Assembly (NCBI RefSeq): GCF_026571515.1 | Contig: NW_026861528.1 | Coordinates: forward strand, 1 to 64,000 | DNA from: Ruditapes philippinarum | Taxonomy: Eukaryota | Reading direction: 5' to 3' | DNA: 64,000 nt | Part shown: in pieces, positions 12,510 to 25,885 of the stretch | Layout of the letters: each line of letters opens with the position of its first letter | Numbering within the stretch: position 1 is the stretch's first letter | Position numbers and translations under genes: made by a program | Notes under the pieces: generated by a model | What the model was told of the DNA's origin: nothing | Databases searched by the model: none | The model's input: the letters and a program-made list of their open reading frames with translations, nothing else

Positions 12510-14060
12510 ATACTTTATAAATGATATCGTCGAAAATTTAAACACGGACATCGAAGGAATATTTACTCTAGACGAGCTAAAACTGTTCATTTAACTATTT
12601 GCCGATGATTCGGTACTTTTTGCAAACACTCAAAATGCACTTCAAGATTTACTAAACAAACTAGAAGCATATTGTGATACTTGGGGCCTAAAAATAAACA
12701 CCGACAAAACAAAAGTAATGATTTTCGAAAGGGGCCGTCATACACAACATAATTTTATTTTATGTGAACAACAATTAGATGTTGTTAAATCCTTCAAATA
12801 CTTAGGAACACACCTATTTAAAAATGGTTCTTGGTTCAGAACGCAAAGCAGGATAGCACAGTACGCATCATATGCTTTACACAACTTGTTCATTATTTTC
12901 AACCAAATTGAATTAACCAATAAAGATAAATGTAATCTGTTCGATAGCCTAGTTAGATCAGTCCTAAATTATAATGCACCAATATGGGGAAATCACGAAT
13001 CAAAAGCTATTGAGTTGATACATTGTAAATTTTTACGTAAGGTGCTTGGTGTAAAAAAATCTACAAATCTAGAAGGGCTGTATGGTGAGGTTGGAAGAGT
13101 ACCTATGAAAATATATAGAAAACTATTGATGATTAAATACTGGATTAAAATATTGACATCTTCCAATGTATTAATAAGAAAGGTTTATGATATGTTGTCA
13201 AATGATGCTAATCAAAATATTACATATAACAACATGAATTGGGCTTATCAGATAAAACGTATTCTAGAGGAAATAGGATTAGCTGACATATGGATTAATC
13301 AAACTAATATAGTCATCCCTTATTATTTCATCAAACAGAGAATCCTTGATATTTATAAACAATCTTGGTACACTAATATCAACAACTCTAACAGATTATC
13401 TTCATACTGTCTATTTAAACATACTTTTTATCTTGAAAAATATCTAGAATGTATAGATGAAAGAAAATATCAAATAGCATTATCTAAATTTAGATTGTCT
13501 TCTCATCAACTAGCTATCGAAACTGGAAGATACACAAATGTCGATCGACAACTTCGAATTTGCCAAGAATGTAATATGCGCATGATTGAAAATGAGTATC
13601 ATTTTTTATTAGTATGCCCGAAATATAGAGAACTAAGAACCAAATATTTTAAACCATATTATTGTAGATGGCCATCAATCCAAAAGTTCATAACCCTTCT
13701 TTCATGTGAATTTTCAAAAAGTATTACCAATGTTGCTAAATTCATATATTCTGCCTTTCAACTAAGAAATACCAATAACAATGTTTAAATACACTGGCGA
13801 TTTCTTTAGTATTTTATACTATCATACTATATAATGATCAAAGAAACGCAGTTTTTAATAGTTAATTTTTATTTACTGATCTAGTCACAGTTGCAGAAAA
13901 TTTGTATTGTTTTTTTTGAAAATTGACTGAATGTACATGTTATCAATATACTTATCCTTTTTGAATTGATCATGTTCTTCTGTTAAAAATTTCATGTCTG
14001 TACTTCTTGCATTGTAAATGGCTATGTATGTATGTAAACACATATTATGCTAATAAACTA
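12510..14060 (+). mobile_element. 5'-truncated non-LTR retrotransposon (RTE-X-like): RT C-terminal part, CCHC domain and 3' UTR
   Basis: LFADD at ~12595, in frame with ORF 12718-13788. C-terminal LSKFRLSSHQLAIETGRY...CQEC...HFLLVC motif; AATAAA at ~14052. Confidence 0.85.
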
Positions 14061-14839
14061 TATATGTTATGTTGTAGTTTTTTATTTTTAACACGTCAGA
14101 GCACGCCTGGTAAACGATGTTTAGAGCTACCTCTTTTAGAGGTATACGGTTAATCGCTCTATCGCTACTTCCTAGCTAGTTCATTTTGCTTAATAATCAG
14201 GTGTCAAGTGTTTTCATTTTTTAAATATATTTTGTAAACTCTTCACCAAATATCGAAATTCGGAGAATACAATGGCAGGTAGATTTGATTATGATTTCAA
14301 AAAAAAACATCGTTGTTATAATTGTGTTTGAAATGTAGTTCTGGAGGCGTTTCCCAGTTAAGAAATTTTGAAACGGACCCTTTCATCATGAAATAGATTA
14401 TTTTCTCTTTAATTTTCATCTAAACAGCGATTCATATCAAAAACAAAAACGTTTCAAGTAGATATAAGGTCTATAAATGAAATAAGATTGAAATTTGATC
14501 AAAACATTAGTTAATACAGAAAATATAGGATATTTGTTCTGGGAGACAGCTCTGTCGTGGAGCAAGTCGTCATGTCGCTAAGGAGACAGCTCTATGGTTA
14601 CGTACAAAATACATTGTATGTAATTGTTTGTGTATATTCTATTCATAACAATTATCACGGCACAAAAATTTAACAAAAACAATAACAAATGTAATTTTAT
14701 ATATGTATATCATCGCGTAATGAAACATTACATTTACAGCGTTTGAATTGTTATCGACTCATTTTTTTCACTGCACACAGCTTTTACTTTTTATATGTAA
14801 TAAACAGCATACAGTTCTAAGATATATGTGTAGATTCAA

Positions 14840-15973
14840 TTAAGAAATAATATCGGTCTGATCGGTGTTTATCGGCTATTAAACACCGGTTTGGAGTGTT
14901 GATGGGTAGGAATTGACCACCTGGGTGGTTCATTTGCTCGCATCAAAACGACCACTCAGACCGATATTATTCCGATTCTAACAAGATAAAATCAGGAAAA
15001 TCACTTTTTTTTCAAGCGGAGATTACTTCCGGTGCCGATTTTCGTGAAACGCTGTTCGATTTCGCACCCTACTGTTGCTAAGATATAGAAATTATGAAAC
15101 AAGCGAAATAATAAGAAAAAAAAGTTATTTTATAAAGTTTTCAACAATAAAAACTTACTTATAAGTCTAGATTTTTTTATATACTTATAAATGAAATATT
15201 GAGAAATATTGATGGAATAAAATGCGTATTTTCATTTTCCGTATTTTCACTGTAAAAATTTATTTTTCACTGCAGTGAAACATATTTTCCGTATTTTCAC
15301 TGGTGTCTTGCCGGACTACTTTCTTTTAAATTCTGCCAGTACACAAAATTTAAGGGAAAGTCTTTCAAATTTTAATGTCAAAAAAGAGAAAAGTGTATCT
15401 AATAAACAGAAAATTCAAGTTTTTTCTATAAATACATGATTTATTTTAATATTGTGGCAAGAAAATTACCATATTTCACTCGTGGCTACCGCCACTCATG
15501 AAATATTTATTTTCATACCACTCTATGAAAATAAATCATGTATTTATAGAAAAAACTTGAATATCCTCTATGTATTGTGTTTACAGTGCTCAATTTATCA
15601 TTCTTGTATGTTTGAAATGACGTCAGCGTTTATGAATGAGTTGTATACTCACGATGACGTCATTACACTGCTTACGGATTGGCGCCGTTTTGTCAAAATA
15701 TATATTAACTGATATGGATCAAATCTGTGGCGTAAGTGTATGTAAGTTATTATTTCGTTATTGTATGAAAAGAGAACAATACAAGAACTGAAATTATCAA
15801 TAAAATGTTTTTTATTTTTGCTTTAAAAAGGCTTTGTGAACTATATAATCGAGAAAGAAAACATAACAGCCACATATACAAGTAGTCCCTAACCAGTGTT
15901 TATTGTCAGTTTAACCAGTATTTTCTTCTTTGTTTATAGTGACAAAATCACGGGGAGCGTTAGAATTATCATT
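14840..15973 (+). mobile_element. Hairpin-ended element copy 2, carrying a nested second element (~15185-15571)
   Basis: Terminal inverted pair aataatatcggtctga / tcagaccgatattatt. Matches 7691-8390 apart from the insert. Confidence 0.6.
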
Positions 15974-18900
15974 ATAAATATATATAGACAATGAAGAAAG
16001 AAAAGGTGTTTTAAAAGGGAAAAAGGAGAATAACTTTTTGACTAGCTTGAAACAATGTTAGATATTAGTACTTTAGCTAAAATGGAAACTCCCTAAGCAT
16101 TTTAAATAGGGAACCAAGTCTTCTCAGAAAGCTTGAAAAACAAGTACATCAAAAGCTCAATAAATATTTCTTGTTACAACTGTCATATTCATATTTCTAT
16201 TATCCCATATGAACGGTTACTATGTGACGCTTCAAATTTTCAGGGATGCTAAATTGTTAAGAGCAATGTATACATTATGTGTTCCTGTTAGATAATTGTG
16301 TGTGTACATTTGAAATGTGAAATCTGTAAACAGTGTTCACATTTGTACAGCTTACTACTCATCCTGGAGTTGGAATAAAAGTAAGCTCACTTCGTGAATG
16401 GTGTAACAGGAATAACTGCTAATATAAAGGAAATATTGTCAAGTAGTTTCTTTCTTTCTTCATAATGAAACCCGTGGTATCAACATCCTATATATCTTTT
16501 ACATCGGAATCTTTTGACATTTTTTTGCAGATATCATTTTTTGTTCTTTTGAAACCATAAAGCTATCGTCTTGGCGACATGACTACCTCCTTCACGACAA
16601 AGCTATCTCGCAGAATAAATATCCTACATTTTCTTTAATAAATAGCTTTTGTGGTGATTTAAATTTAATTTTGCTTCTAGACCTTATATCTATTTGAAAA
16701 GTATTTGTTTTTAATCTGAATCGCTGTTTAGCTGAAAATGGGAGGAAAATAATCTGTTTCATGATGAAACAGTCCATTGAAACGCTAAATTCGCAACATT
16801 TTACTTAAAATCTTCTTACATGCCGGAATCAATTTTAAACAATGATAATTTTACACATTTCAAAGCATTCCCACTATTGACGAATAACAGTTGTTTCTTA
16901 AACCAAGTGAATAGTTTAAACAAAATGCATTTATGTATTTGGAGACTTACATAATTATATCCCTTCCAGTAATGTATACGAACAGATTCAATCAAAAAGA
17001 GAATCTTCGGGTTCATTTTTCCTTCTTAGTGTTGGTAATAGTTTTGTTGTAAAATGCTGAAGTAATGAATAATTCAACAATTTTTTTTTTGAGATTTGAT
17101 ATAAAATATATAGTTGATCTTTGAAATTATGGTTAATGCTGGAGGTATGTCAATAATTTTAGTAAACATATTTTAACGCCAAAAACTGTATTATGGAAAA
17201 GGATGCATACGCGGTTTGATTGAACATACTTATGGATGGTACAGGAGAGCGCATGCTAACACCCACACCCCATTACACCAGCTGAAGTAGAATTAAAAAA
17301 TGGTGAAATGTTACGACGGTTATCAGGGACACGTCTTTGCCATTTATGAACAGAGGCATTTGGCCTTAAGTAAAAGAATGCGTGTGTCCTTTACGGGAAG
17401 TTCAAGTGTAAAGAATTAATTAAAAATACCACAAAAACAACATTTATGTCATGATGAGCGCTTTTCAAGGATTGACAATGTAACATCTTTGATTTAATGT
17501 ACACGGTGACTTTTTACGGCCTTAACACTGCACAAACAAGACAGGCACAGTTTGATTTAGCCTATTCTTGAAAAAGGTAAAATTGAAAAATCTTGATAGA
17601 GATTCAACAGACTATGCCTTATACAAAATATCTATGCTCTGGGCCTGGTGGGTCTGTAGAAGATTTGTTTTCTTATAATTAAATTTGGTTGTCATGGCAA
17701 AAACAAATTATACATAGAATCATTCTTTGAACAACTTTGGAAGCACTATACCAAAGAAACAATCATGCCAAGTTTGGTTGACATGGGTATTTTTCAGGAC
17801 CGTCCATGAACAAGCTCAAATAAAACCGAAACCTGTAACATTTTCAATTTTGCCGTGTATGATGTTCTTTATGGATTATTTTCTTTATTTTATTTTTCTA
17901 TTCCATTAAAAGCCCAAACAAAAATATTTTGCCTGCTTTTAATTCTTTCGTTTTGTATTCCTTTTTATTGATTCCCCTTTTCTTTTTTTCCATTTTCAGT
18001 GTTTTCATTTTCATGCAATAAGGTAGACTGTCTGTCCAAATGCTACACATTTTTTTCACTTTTTTCAAACAAAATTATTAAACGTTTCGAGAAATGGTGG
18101 ATATCACTCTTTAGTTTTATAATATACCGTCTATTGAATTTATACACAAAAGCAAACGCTTAGATATTAGGAAAATATTTTATTAGAATAAATGCGCTGC
18201 AATCTGCGGTCCCATTCCCGTGGTGAGATCTTTGTTACATGTTTAAACCTACGTTAATCACAAATTACAAATGTCATTTTCACGGTTGATTATATCACAC
18301 ACGTGTTACTCTTTCGATCTGTGACATATACAACTCAAAATGACATTTAGATATTTGTAATATTCACACATGTGTTGTAAAAAACATTTATTTTACGTGA
18401 GTCATCCCCCGCCATAAAATGTAATTCTTTAAATTTGAAGTTCACAAAAATGATACCACTGTAAAAAGCTGCTTTTATGTATTTTTTTCTTTTGTGTTAT
18501 TAGAATAAGGTCTAGAACAAGTAATGTAAGTTTTTTCGTAAACAGGTTGCAGAGAGAGAGAGCAAATATATTGGTGAAAATTATACATTATACAAATGTT
18601 GTGCAAAATGTTTTGAAAGAAAAATGATAACGGTATGAACTTAAAACTAATTAACAGTCTGTTTCAAGTACAAAATATGGTAAACAAGAACCTTGAGCGT
18701 ATTTATTTCACTCTTTATTGAGATGAAGTAAAAGAATTTAATAAAGACACATAGTCAAGTAAAAATACATTAAATTCAAATTAAATTCATCATTATGCCC
18801 TAGAAATGATTTTATTTCTTTTTCTAAAAAGCTTTTTTTTATTTTTTGTGTACTTTATAGTTTCCAAAAAAGTACTGAATTACCAATTATTATAATATTG

Positions 18901-19356
18901 TTTTGACAATTAGTACAGTTATATTGATTTAGTATTTTGTATGGAAGTCAAAATACTACTTTTTAAACCTTTTGTCATTTTTTGTGACAAATAATTTCAC
19001 ATTTAGCACTATGTCAAACATGCCCTAAGACCAATATTTAAACAATTTAAAAAACTCAAGTAAACAATTTGTCCGTTTCTGAGGCAAAATTTCCCTTTAA
19101 AGTAGCATTATGCCTATCCAAGGATAAACAGTGAGTGAACAATTTCAATAATTCCTTAAAAAAAAATAATTTACTTCGCGCGAATGATAAATGACTCATG
19201 TGTCCCAAATAATATCCATAAATATTCCTTGGATGTTGATGTTGATGTCCTGAACAATTTCCAATATCGAATGTTGATAAATCACTATTATAATAGCCTA
19301 TTATGTAAAATACATGTATATGAATGTAGTCAATGCAGCCCAACTTAACAATAAAA

Positions 19357-20521
19357 CAAGGGAAAATTTTTTGCCAAATACGTCCGTCACAAAATCAATT
19401 GACAAAGATGTGAGCATTTTAGACATATATAGGATATATGCTCCGGACACTATCCGGACAATATCTGGGTATTTTATCATCTCCAGTGACACCTTGTATA
19501 TATTAACTTTAATAAAATGGTTTACAACCGTAGTCATGATAATGACCATTTTTGTTTCAATCCCTTAAATGATATATGAATAAATACCGGTAGTCTAAAT
19601 ACACATTTTCATATTTTTATCTGAAATTTGACCTCTATACTTGGTCTTAACCCTATCCGCAGTGACCTAAATTTGCACGTGGCACTCCGCCTCATAATGA
19701 TGATTATTTTTGACAACATGTATTTAAATCCCTTCATACATGTAGAAATTTTGCTCCGGACAAGAACTTTTCAATGGCCTCTCAGTGTAACCTTGCCTTT
19801 GACCCAGAGACCTGGTTTATACTCGCGACACATTTCTCATAGTGGTGAACATTTTCTATGAAGTTTCATTGAATTTCATGGGTGAAGGAGATATGCTCCG
19901 GACAAAATCTCTATATTTTAACATTGACCTTGCTTATAATAACCTCAATTACATGTTTTACGTCCGAAGTAATGATAATAACCATTTGTGTTTTCAAACC
20001 CTCCATAATGATGACTTAATGGTCCAATACACATTTCATATTTTTATTTAAACGTTGATTCCTATGTGTGACCTTAATCTTGGTTGAAGGGAGCTGAATT
20101 TTGTACGCCTTATAATGGTGAACATTTGTGCGAAGCTATATTGAAATCACACACCATACATGTAGAAGATTTGCTCGGACAAAATCTTAATATTTTATCA
20201 TTTTTAATAAATTTGACCTTGCATATACATGTATAAACCTAAATTACATGTTTCACAACCGTAAACATAAAGATGACCATTTGTGTTTTTATCTCTCCAT
20301 AAATGATAACTAAACTAGAACATTGAACTGTATGTGAGACCTTGACCTTGGCCGTAGGGACCTAGGGATGAAGAAGATTTACACCGGCTCTTTGAAGTTT
20401 TATTAACAATCCCTCAATGTGTGTAGGAGCTATGCTCCGGACACAATTGGTCGCCGCCCGCCCTTCCGTTCGCAAGGGGCGTTCCTGTATTACATACCTT
20501 TTTTCGAATGGGCGTATAAAA
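19357..20521. mobile_element. HINE/Helentron-like non-autonomous repeat with internal subrepeats (paralogs ~26796-27700 and ~62233-62950)
   Basis: aacaaggg start, repeated tgaccttg/gctccggac units, GCCC microrepeat and gggcgtataaa end. Confidence 0.5.
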
Positions 20522-21027
20522 TGAGCAAAATGTCACTATAACATCTACAGGCATGCAAGCACTCGCTGATACACCATTAGGGACTCTTATTCACTTATGG
20601 CTGTTTATTAGCTCTACATGTTTTCTTCTTTTTTACAATTTTACTGTGCAGCACTATACTTCACTGACTTCTGGAAATAGTGTTTACAAAAGTTATATAA
20701 CCTTATCTTCCACTGAGCCGGTATTTGAACAAAAAACTCTGATGATTAAGAGATAACTAAGAGCAATGAAACTATGTTCATTATGGTCGAGTATTTATTA
20801 AAGATACTTTATGTTCACAGTCATGCTATATTTTCAAGTCCTTGCATATGTTTAAGAAGATGCATGAAATGATGTTGATGTTATTAAAGGGATCTGAAAG
20901 AAGTTAAACGTAATACGTGATGCTTGACAAATTTCATATAAACTAGATAACCAGATGTTGTGAGATTATGTGTATCGTAGAAGCTTCGTCAACCGTCAAT
21001 ATGTATACCTTGTCATTTAACGTGCTG

Positions 21028-21130
21028 TTGCTATATTAAATTGTAAGACTGATTTATTCTTAAAACTGAAAGGTCAAAATTTACAGGTTGATTCAGTGTT
21101 TGATCATATTCGGAAAATATAGGGGTAAGT
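21028..21130 (+). promoter_or_regulatory. Putative TATA-like promoter and non-coding exon 1 of gene B (donor gtaagt ~21125)
   Basis: Block conserved upstream of family copies (~12120-12240 minus, ~32420-32495, ~33400-33510, ~56160-56260, ~63185-63275). Confidence 0.45.
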
Positions 21131-21390
21131 AATTAAAAAACTGTAAGAAAAGTTAGGAATAAAAAAGTTCGGATAAAAATTCCTACACGAGATACCAAGG
21201 TATTTATTATTATTTATGTTAAAAAATATAAAATTACAAGTAAAACAATTGTTTTGTCAACAGTCGGACAATACTTGTTAACTTATTTTGTAATTTAAAG
21301 GACCTCATTGATAATAAGGAATAGATGGTATGAAATACAAAGAAATGCTTATATTTTAGAAATTTGTTTTCAGACAAAGGTGGAATAGAA

Positions 21391-24300
21391 ATGGATTCGG
21401 TCAAAATTGCGCTTGCATTTGTTTTGCTTTCTTATACAATGGTTGTCAATGGGACCCCTGTGAATAAGTGCGCATTAATTTTATGCTATTTACCAATCGA
21501 TTGTGACAAATCGCCACCAGCTAACGGACAATGCTGTCCAAAATGCAAAGAAGGCAAAGGTATGAACAATGAGAAGTTGTTATATCATTCCGTAATTTTT
21601 TTTGATAAAGATTCATAAGATTCATAAATACGTTAAAAATGTATACAAAGTTATGTTTTCAGAACAGTATACCAAATTTAGTTTTATCTAGTAAATGGGC
21701 GACAAATTGAAGTTAATTGAATGATTAGAGTAAACCATATTAAATATAATCAAACTTCGCTTTTTCTGTATGCAAAATAAAAACATTTGATAATACTCCA
21801 AGGAAACGGAATGAAATGTTATAAAAGATGTTATAATGCAATAGTTCGTACATAGAAAGACGGAAAAAAGGTTTAAACTGTCCGACAAATGTGAAGCTAG
21901 AGAGAACGTGCTATCGGGATTATAATGTAAGCACCCTTTTTCTGAATGAATATTCTTTTAAAAATCATATTCTGTAAAAGAGCAATAAACATGATTGTAC
22001 TGTATAAAGAATTACAAGTCTAGCTTATACTAGTACAATATTATCGCAATTTTTAGACCAGCATTATTTCCCATAAAATTGTTAGAAATAAGACTGACTT
22101 ACTATTGTCTTCAAGAAATGAAATTTCAACACAGACGTATAATTAAACATTGCTTTCCATGAATGCCTTTTGAATTGCCTACGAAATGTTATTGTAATGA
22201 AAACATGTCTGCCATGACCCTCAGAAGACAAAATTAAATAACTGTCCATTTCGAACGTCAATTTTTCTTTCTGTTCCAAAACAAGCCTTCATTTTCAGTT
22301 TGAATTTCACTCATATGTAAGACTTTATTTTGCCACGACCTTTTGCATTAAATGTAGTGTTATTAAAAAAATACATTTTATTAGCTGTCTAACATGCTGT
22401 ATACATGTATGATTAATGTATGGATTAAAGACTGCGACATCAGGTAAATAATTATCTTCTGAAGCAGTGTCACATTTATGTCAAAAAGGTAATGTTAAAA
22501 AGGTATGTTAAAGGCGTATGCCACATTAACATGTAGACATATAAGCAGATATGCTAGAGGGGTATGCCACATTAACATGTAGACATATAAGCAGATATGC
22601 TAGAGGGGTATGCCACATTAACATGTAGACATATAAGCAGATGAAAACTTCGCTTTGAAATTATATAAACTTTGCACGATTTTTGAGTATTTTAACAGAA
22701 TCATTTTAAACAGAAAGATTGGGGAACGGCATGGGGGGGGGCAGGGCGATGGAGTACCGGGATCATTATCGGATCGTCTGACCTTGAAGGACATTTTGCT
22801 TATTCCAATATATCCTTGAAATATTTTTTGTAATACTGGTAAAGATGATTGAAATGTTGATTCTAATTTTGATAAAAATTTATTGAAATCTATCAAATTC
22901 TTTATGAATATGCCTAACTTCAATAAAAGAATGAATAAACTATTTATGGGAAGATGTGTTTCCTATAACAGGTCAAGTAAATTTGTGCTGTTCTTAAAAA
23001 AAAACACTTCAGTTTTCTAAATGACACTATATATTCATATTGTGACCACCAATATAACAAATCTGTTTATTTTATATTTACTAAGGAATTGTGTAGAAAT
23101 TATCAATATTCTTTTTATCAAATTTGAGCAAAGTATATCTTTAAAGAAAATGAGTAGAATATATAGTTGAACAAGAAATCATTGGTTCGTTTATGAAGTA
23201 TTATTTTCTGACATTTCTTTCAAGTACTGCTAGCTATACAGACAACTGTAAAATAGCACAAATCTGGAGTCAAGTGATTTGTATTATATGACGAGGGATA
23301 TAAACGAGTTTACTCGTTAGTATTCCTAACTCCTGTTCATACCTACTAGACTTAATTGATGACAAATGTTTTTTTTTGTTTTTTGTTTTTTTTTCAGGCC
23401 TGACGAATATAATTATGTAGATATCATTAGTTATTTTTGCCAAAAGTTTAGGTTTCAGATACGTTCATTGAATGCCGCCCTGCCTCGTTGATCTTTGCTT
23501 TCATATTTTACAAACATTTTAACTAAAAGTTATTTTCGTAACAGGTTACACCCGAATTTAACAACCATTACATTTCATATCAGATAGAAATACAACATTA
23601 TCGAGAGAATTCATTTGTAAATAAAAATATTTTATCCGAGACACTTCCCAATTATGTAATCACTACTTGATATGAAATGTGTCATGTCTTTTGCCATTGA
23701 ATGTATTCCATGGGGAAGAAACTGTTATACGAGATTAGGTGCTTGTGATAACTGTCATGGACTTTTGTATATACTACAAAAACACTCATCAAAATGATAA
23801 TATTCATCTTTAAAAAGTGAGTTTTAGGTGCTTAATTAAGCTAAAATGATTACGTTTGCCTTACATCTTGTATTTTATGTCAAAAACTAATTCATACGCT
23901 ATTTTTCATGGCCTCTTGCTTAAAATTTTGGTTGTTTTGAGTCAATTTCACTCAAAACAATAGGAGAGAGATTATGCAGTCATTAAAGCTAGGGACTCAA
24001 CTCAACTGAGACTTTTTATTTTACATAAAAGAATTATAACTATTTTTTCGGAATTTGTTTGCAATTTGATGTAGGTCAACAGCATTAATTTGTGTGTGCG
24101 ATCATTTACTGATGTAATAAAGACATTGTGACGTATAATGATAACTTAGATAACAATATCTAAAAGATGTAGCATCTAAAACGATAAATCTTCAAAACAA
24201 ACACAAGCACCCAAGTACTCACAAACCGTCCATGCGGGTGAAAAAGAGACAAAATACTCTGCCAAATGTATGTTCAATATCGATGAGTTGCAAACATTCA

Positions 24301-25373
24301 CAAAGAAGCTGTGATTTTTCAGGACAGTCTTGTGACTATGAAGTTGGTGAAGGTAGTGATAAAATAAAAGTAAACATTCCGGACGCGAAGAGCAAAAAGA
24401 TAGACTGTAATACGTGTACATGCAGTGACGGCGTGCTTGCATGTACCAAGATTGCATGTGGTAATTTGTTTTATATTTGTCCATGAAATCAATTTCTTTT
24501 TAAAATATTATACTTTTTATCATTTGAAATACATGTAGTCATTTACATTATGTTTCATAACATTTTCAATATTATTATGTATGCAATGTAATTTATGTTT
24601 ATAATTAAGCGCAGGTTAAATTTCAAATCCTTACAATGCAAAAAAATGGAAGGGATAACGTTTCAACTTATAATTCGTCAAATTGAATATGTTATAATTG
24701 TATTATGTTACTCGAAATAATCTAAAAGTTAATTGAGTGAAATAATTTTCTAGGTTAGACTTAAACTGGAAACTTATCTAGATATATCAAAAACTATCTG
24801 ATACTTAAAAAGTTAACAAACACAAAAGTTTTATAGATAAACAGATACTTATCTATTATTTAACTGGTAAGTGTTGGCAGTTCTGGGCACTTTTTAGTGT
24901 TTTTGGAAGTTAGATACTTTTTCGTTATCTAGCAGAAAAAAATATCTAGTTAGTCTGATAAATATCTGTTATCTTGTTAACACGAAAACTATCTAGTTAG
25001 TCAGATAGTTAACGCGATAATTGTGTGGTTAACATCGACAGACATATGCCACCATTAGTACCTTATTTTGTTGACGTCAAACAAATTGAAATAGTCTTGA
25101 TGTGAAAACTGTCCAACGTTGGTAGAAAACTGCCAAATGTAAAGATTACAACTTCAATGATCTACCGAAATGTTTTTCAACTTAAAATATACACTGTTGT
25201 TATCTTTTTGTGCAGTTGGCCTTATAAAGTTTACATGTCGATGGGACCATATTCAATCAACAAACATAATGAAAACATGCAACAAAATTACAAACTTAAA
25301 CATCTCTTGCTTGCACAGGATTTCTATATGTTAACTAATATGCTTTATTTATGTATTTACAGTGGACGCTTGA
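21391..25373 (+). CDS. Gene B: secreted 12-Cys protein, 105 aa; exons 21391-21559, 24323-24460, 25363-25373
   Basis: Intact spliced frame: MDSVKIALAFVLLSYTMVVNGTPVNKCALILCYLPIDCDKSPPANGQCCPKCKEGK/GQSCDYEVGEGSDKIKVNIPDAKSKKIDCNTCTCSDGVLACTKIAC/VDA*. AATAAA plus a GT-rich tract at ~25618-25670. Confidence 0.85.
22516..22642. repeat. 46-bp tandem repeat, ~2.7 perfect copies
   Basis: gtatgccacattaacatgtagacatataagcagat at 22516, 22562 and 22608. Confidence 0.9.
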
Positions 25374-25689
25374 AAATAAATCTCACCATAGATGCTGACC
25401 ACAAACGAAAGGATATGAACTTCTATTGCTAATATCTGTTAAATCAAACTTTAAAATGAAACTTTTACCTAATTACGGTTTGTTTTATTTACATTTACAG
25501 TACATATTTTTAATATTTGACCATACCCCGTCATGTACATTCCAGAACTGTCATAGGCGAAAAAAGAATATTAATTGGCATATTGATAATATAATTGTAA
25601 AAAAAGCTTAATGATGGAATAAAAATAAAAAAGATATAAAGTGTCTATATCATGTTGTTTTGATGATTTTTTATTCTTTCACATACAGT

Positions 25690-25885
25690 GAAATGCAAGA
25701 TAAGGAGGTATAAGAATACGTGTATCATATGCAAGAAAATAGAGGTATAATAATACGTTTATGTATTAAATGCAAGATAAAGAGGAGTAAGTGTACGTTC
25801 ATGTATTATATGCAAGATAAAGAGGTATAAGAATACCTTAATGTATTATATACAAGAAAAAGAGGTAAAAGTATACGTTTATGTT
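25690..25885. repeat. ~38-bp minisatellite downstream of gene B (paralog at 61330-61525)
   Basis: atgcaagataa..gaggtataagaatacg units. Confidence 0.75.

Noticed and set aside
25157-25611. ORFs conserved with 60886-61077 (also 20553-20756 with 55643-55888)
   Set aside because: Similarity reflects the recent segmental duplication of intron/UTR and upstream DNA; ORF starts or ends differ between copies and no motifs are seen.
25689-25750. Alternative last exon for gene B (VKCKIRRY...)
   Set aside because: Lies in a minisatellite past the poly(A) signal; the frame is not conserved at 61329; the 25363 exon matches all paralogs.
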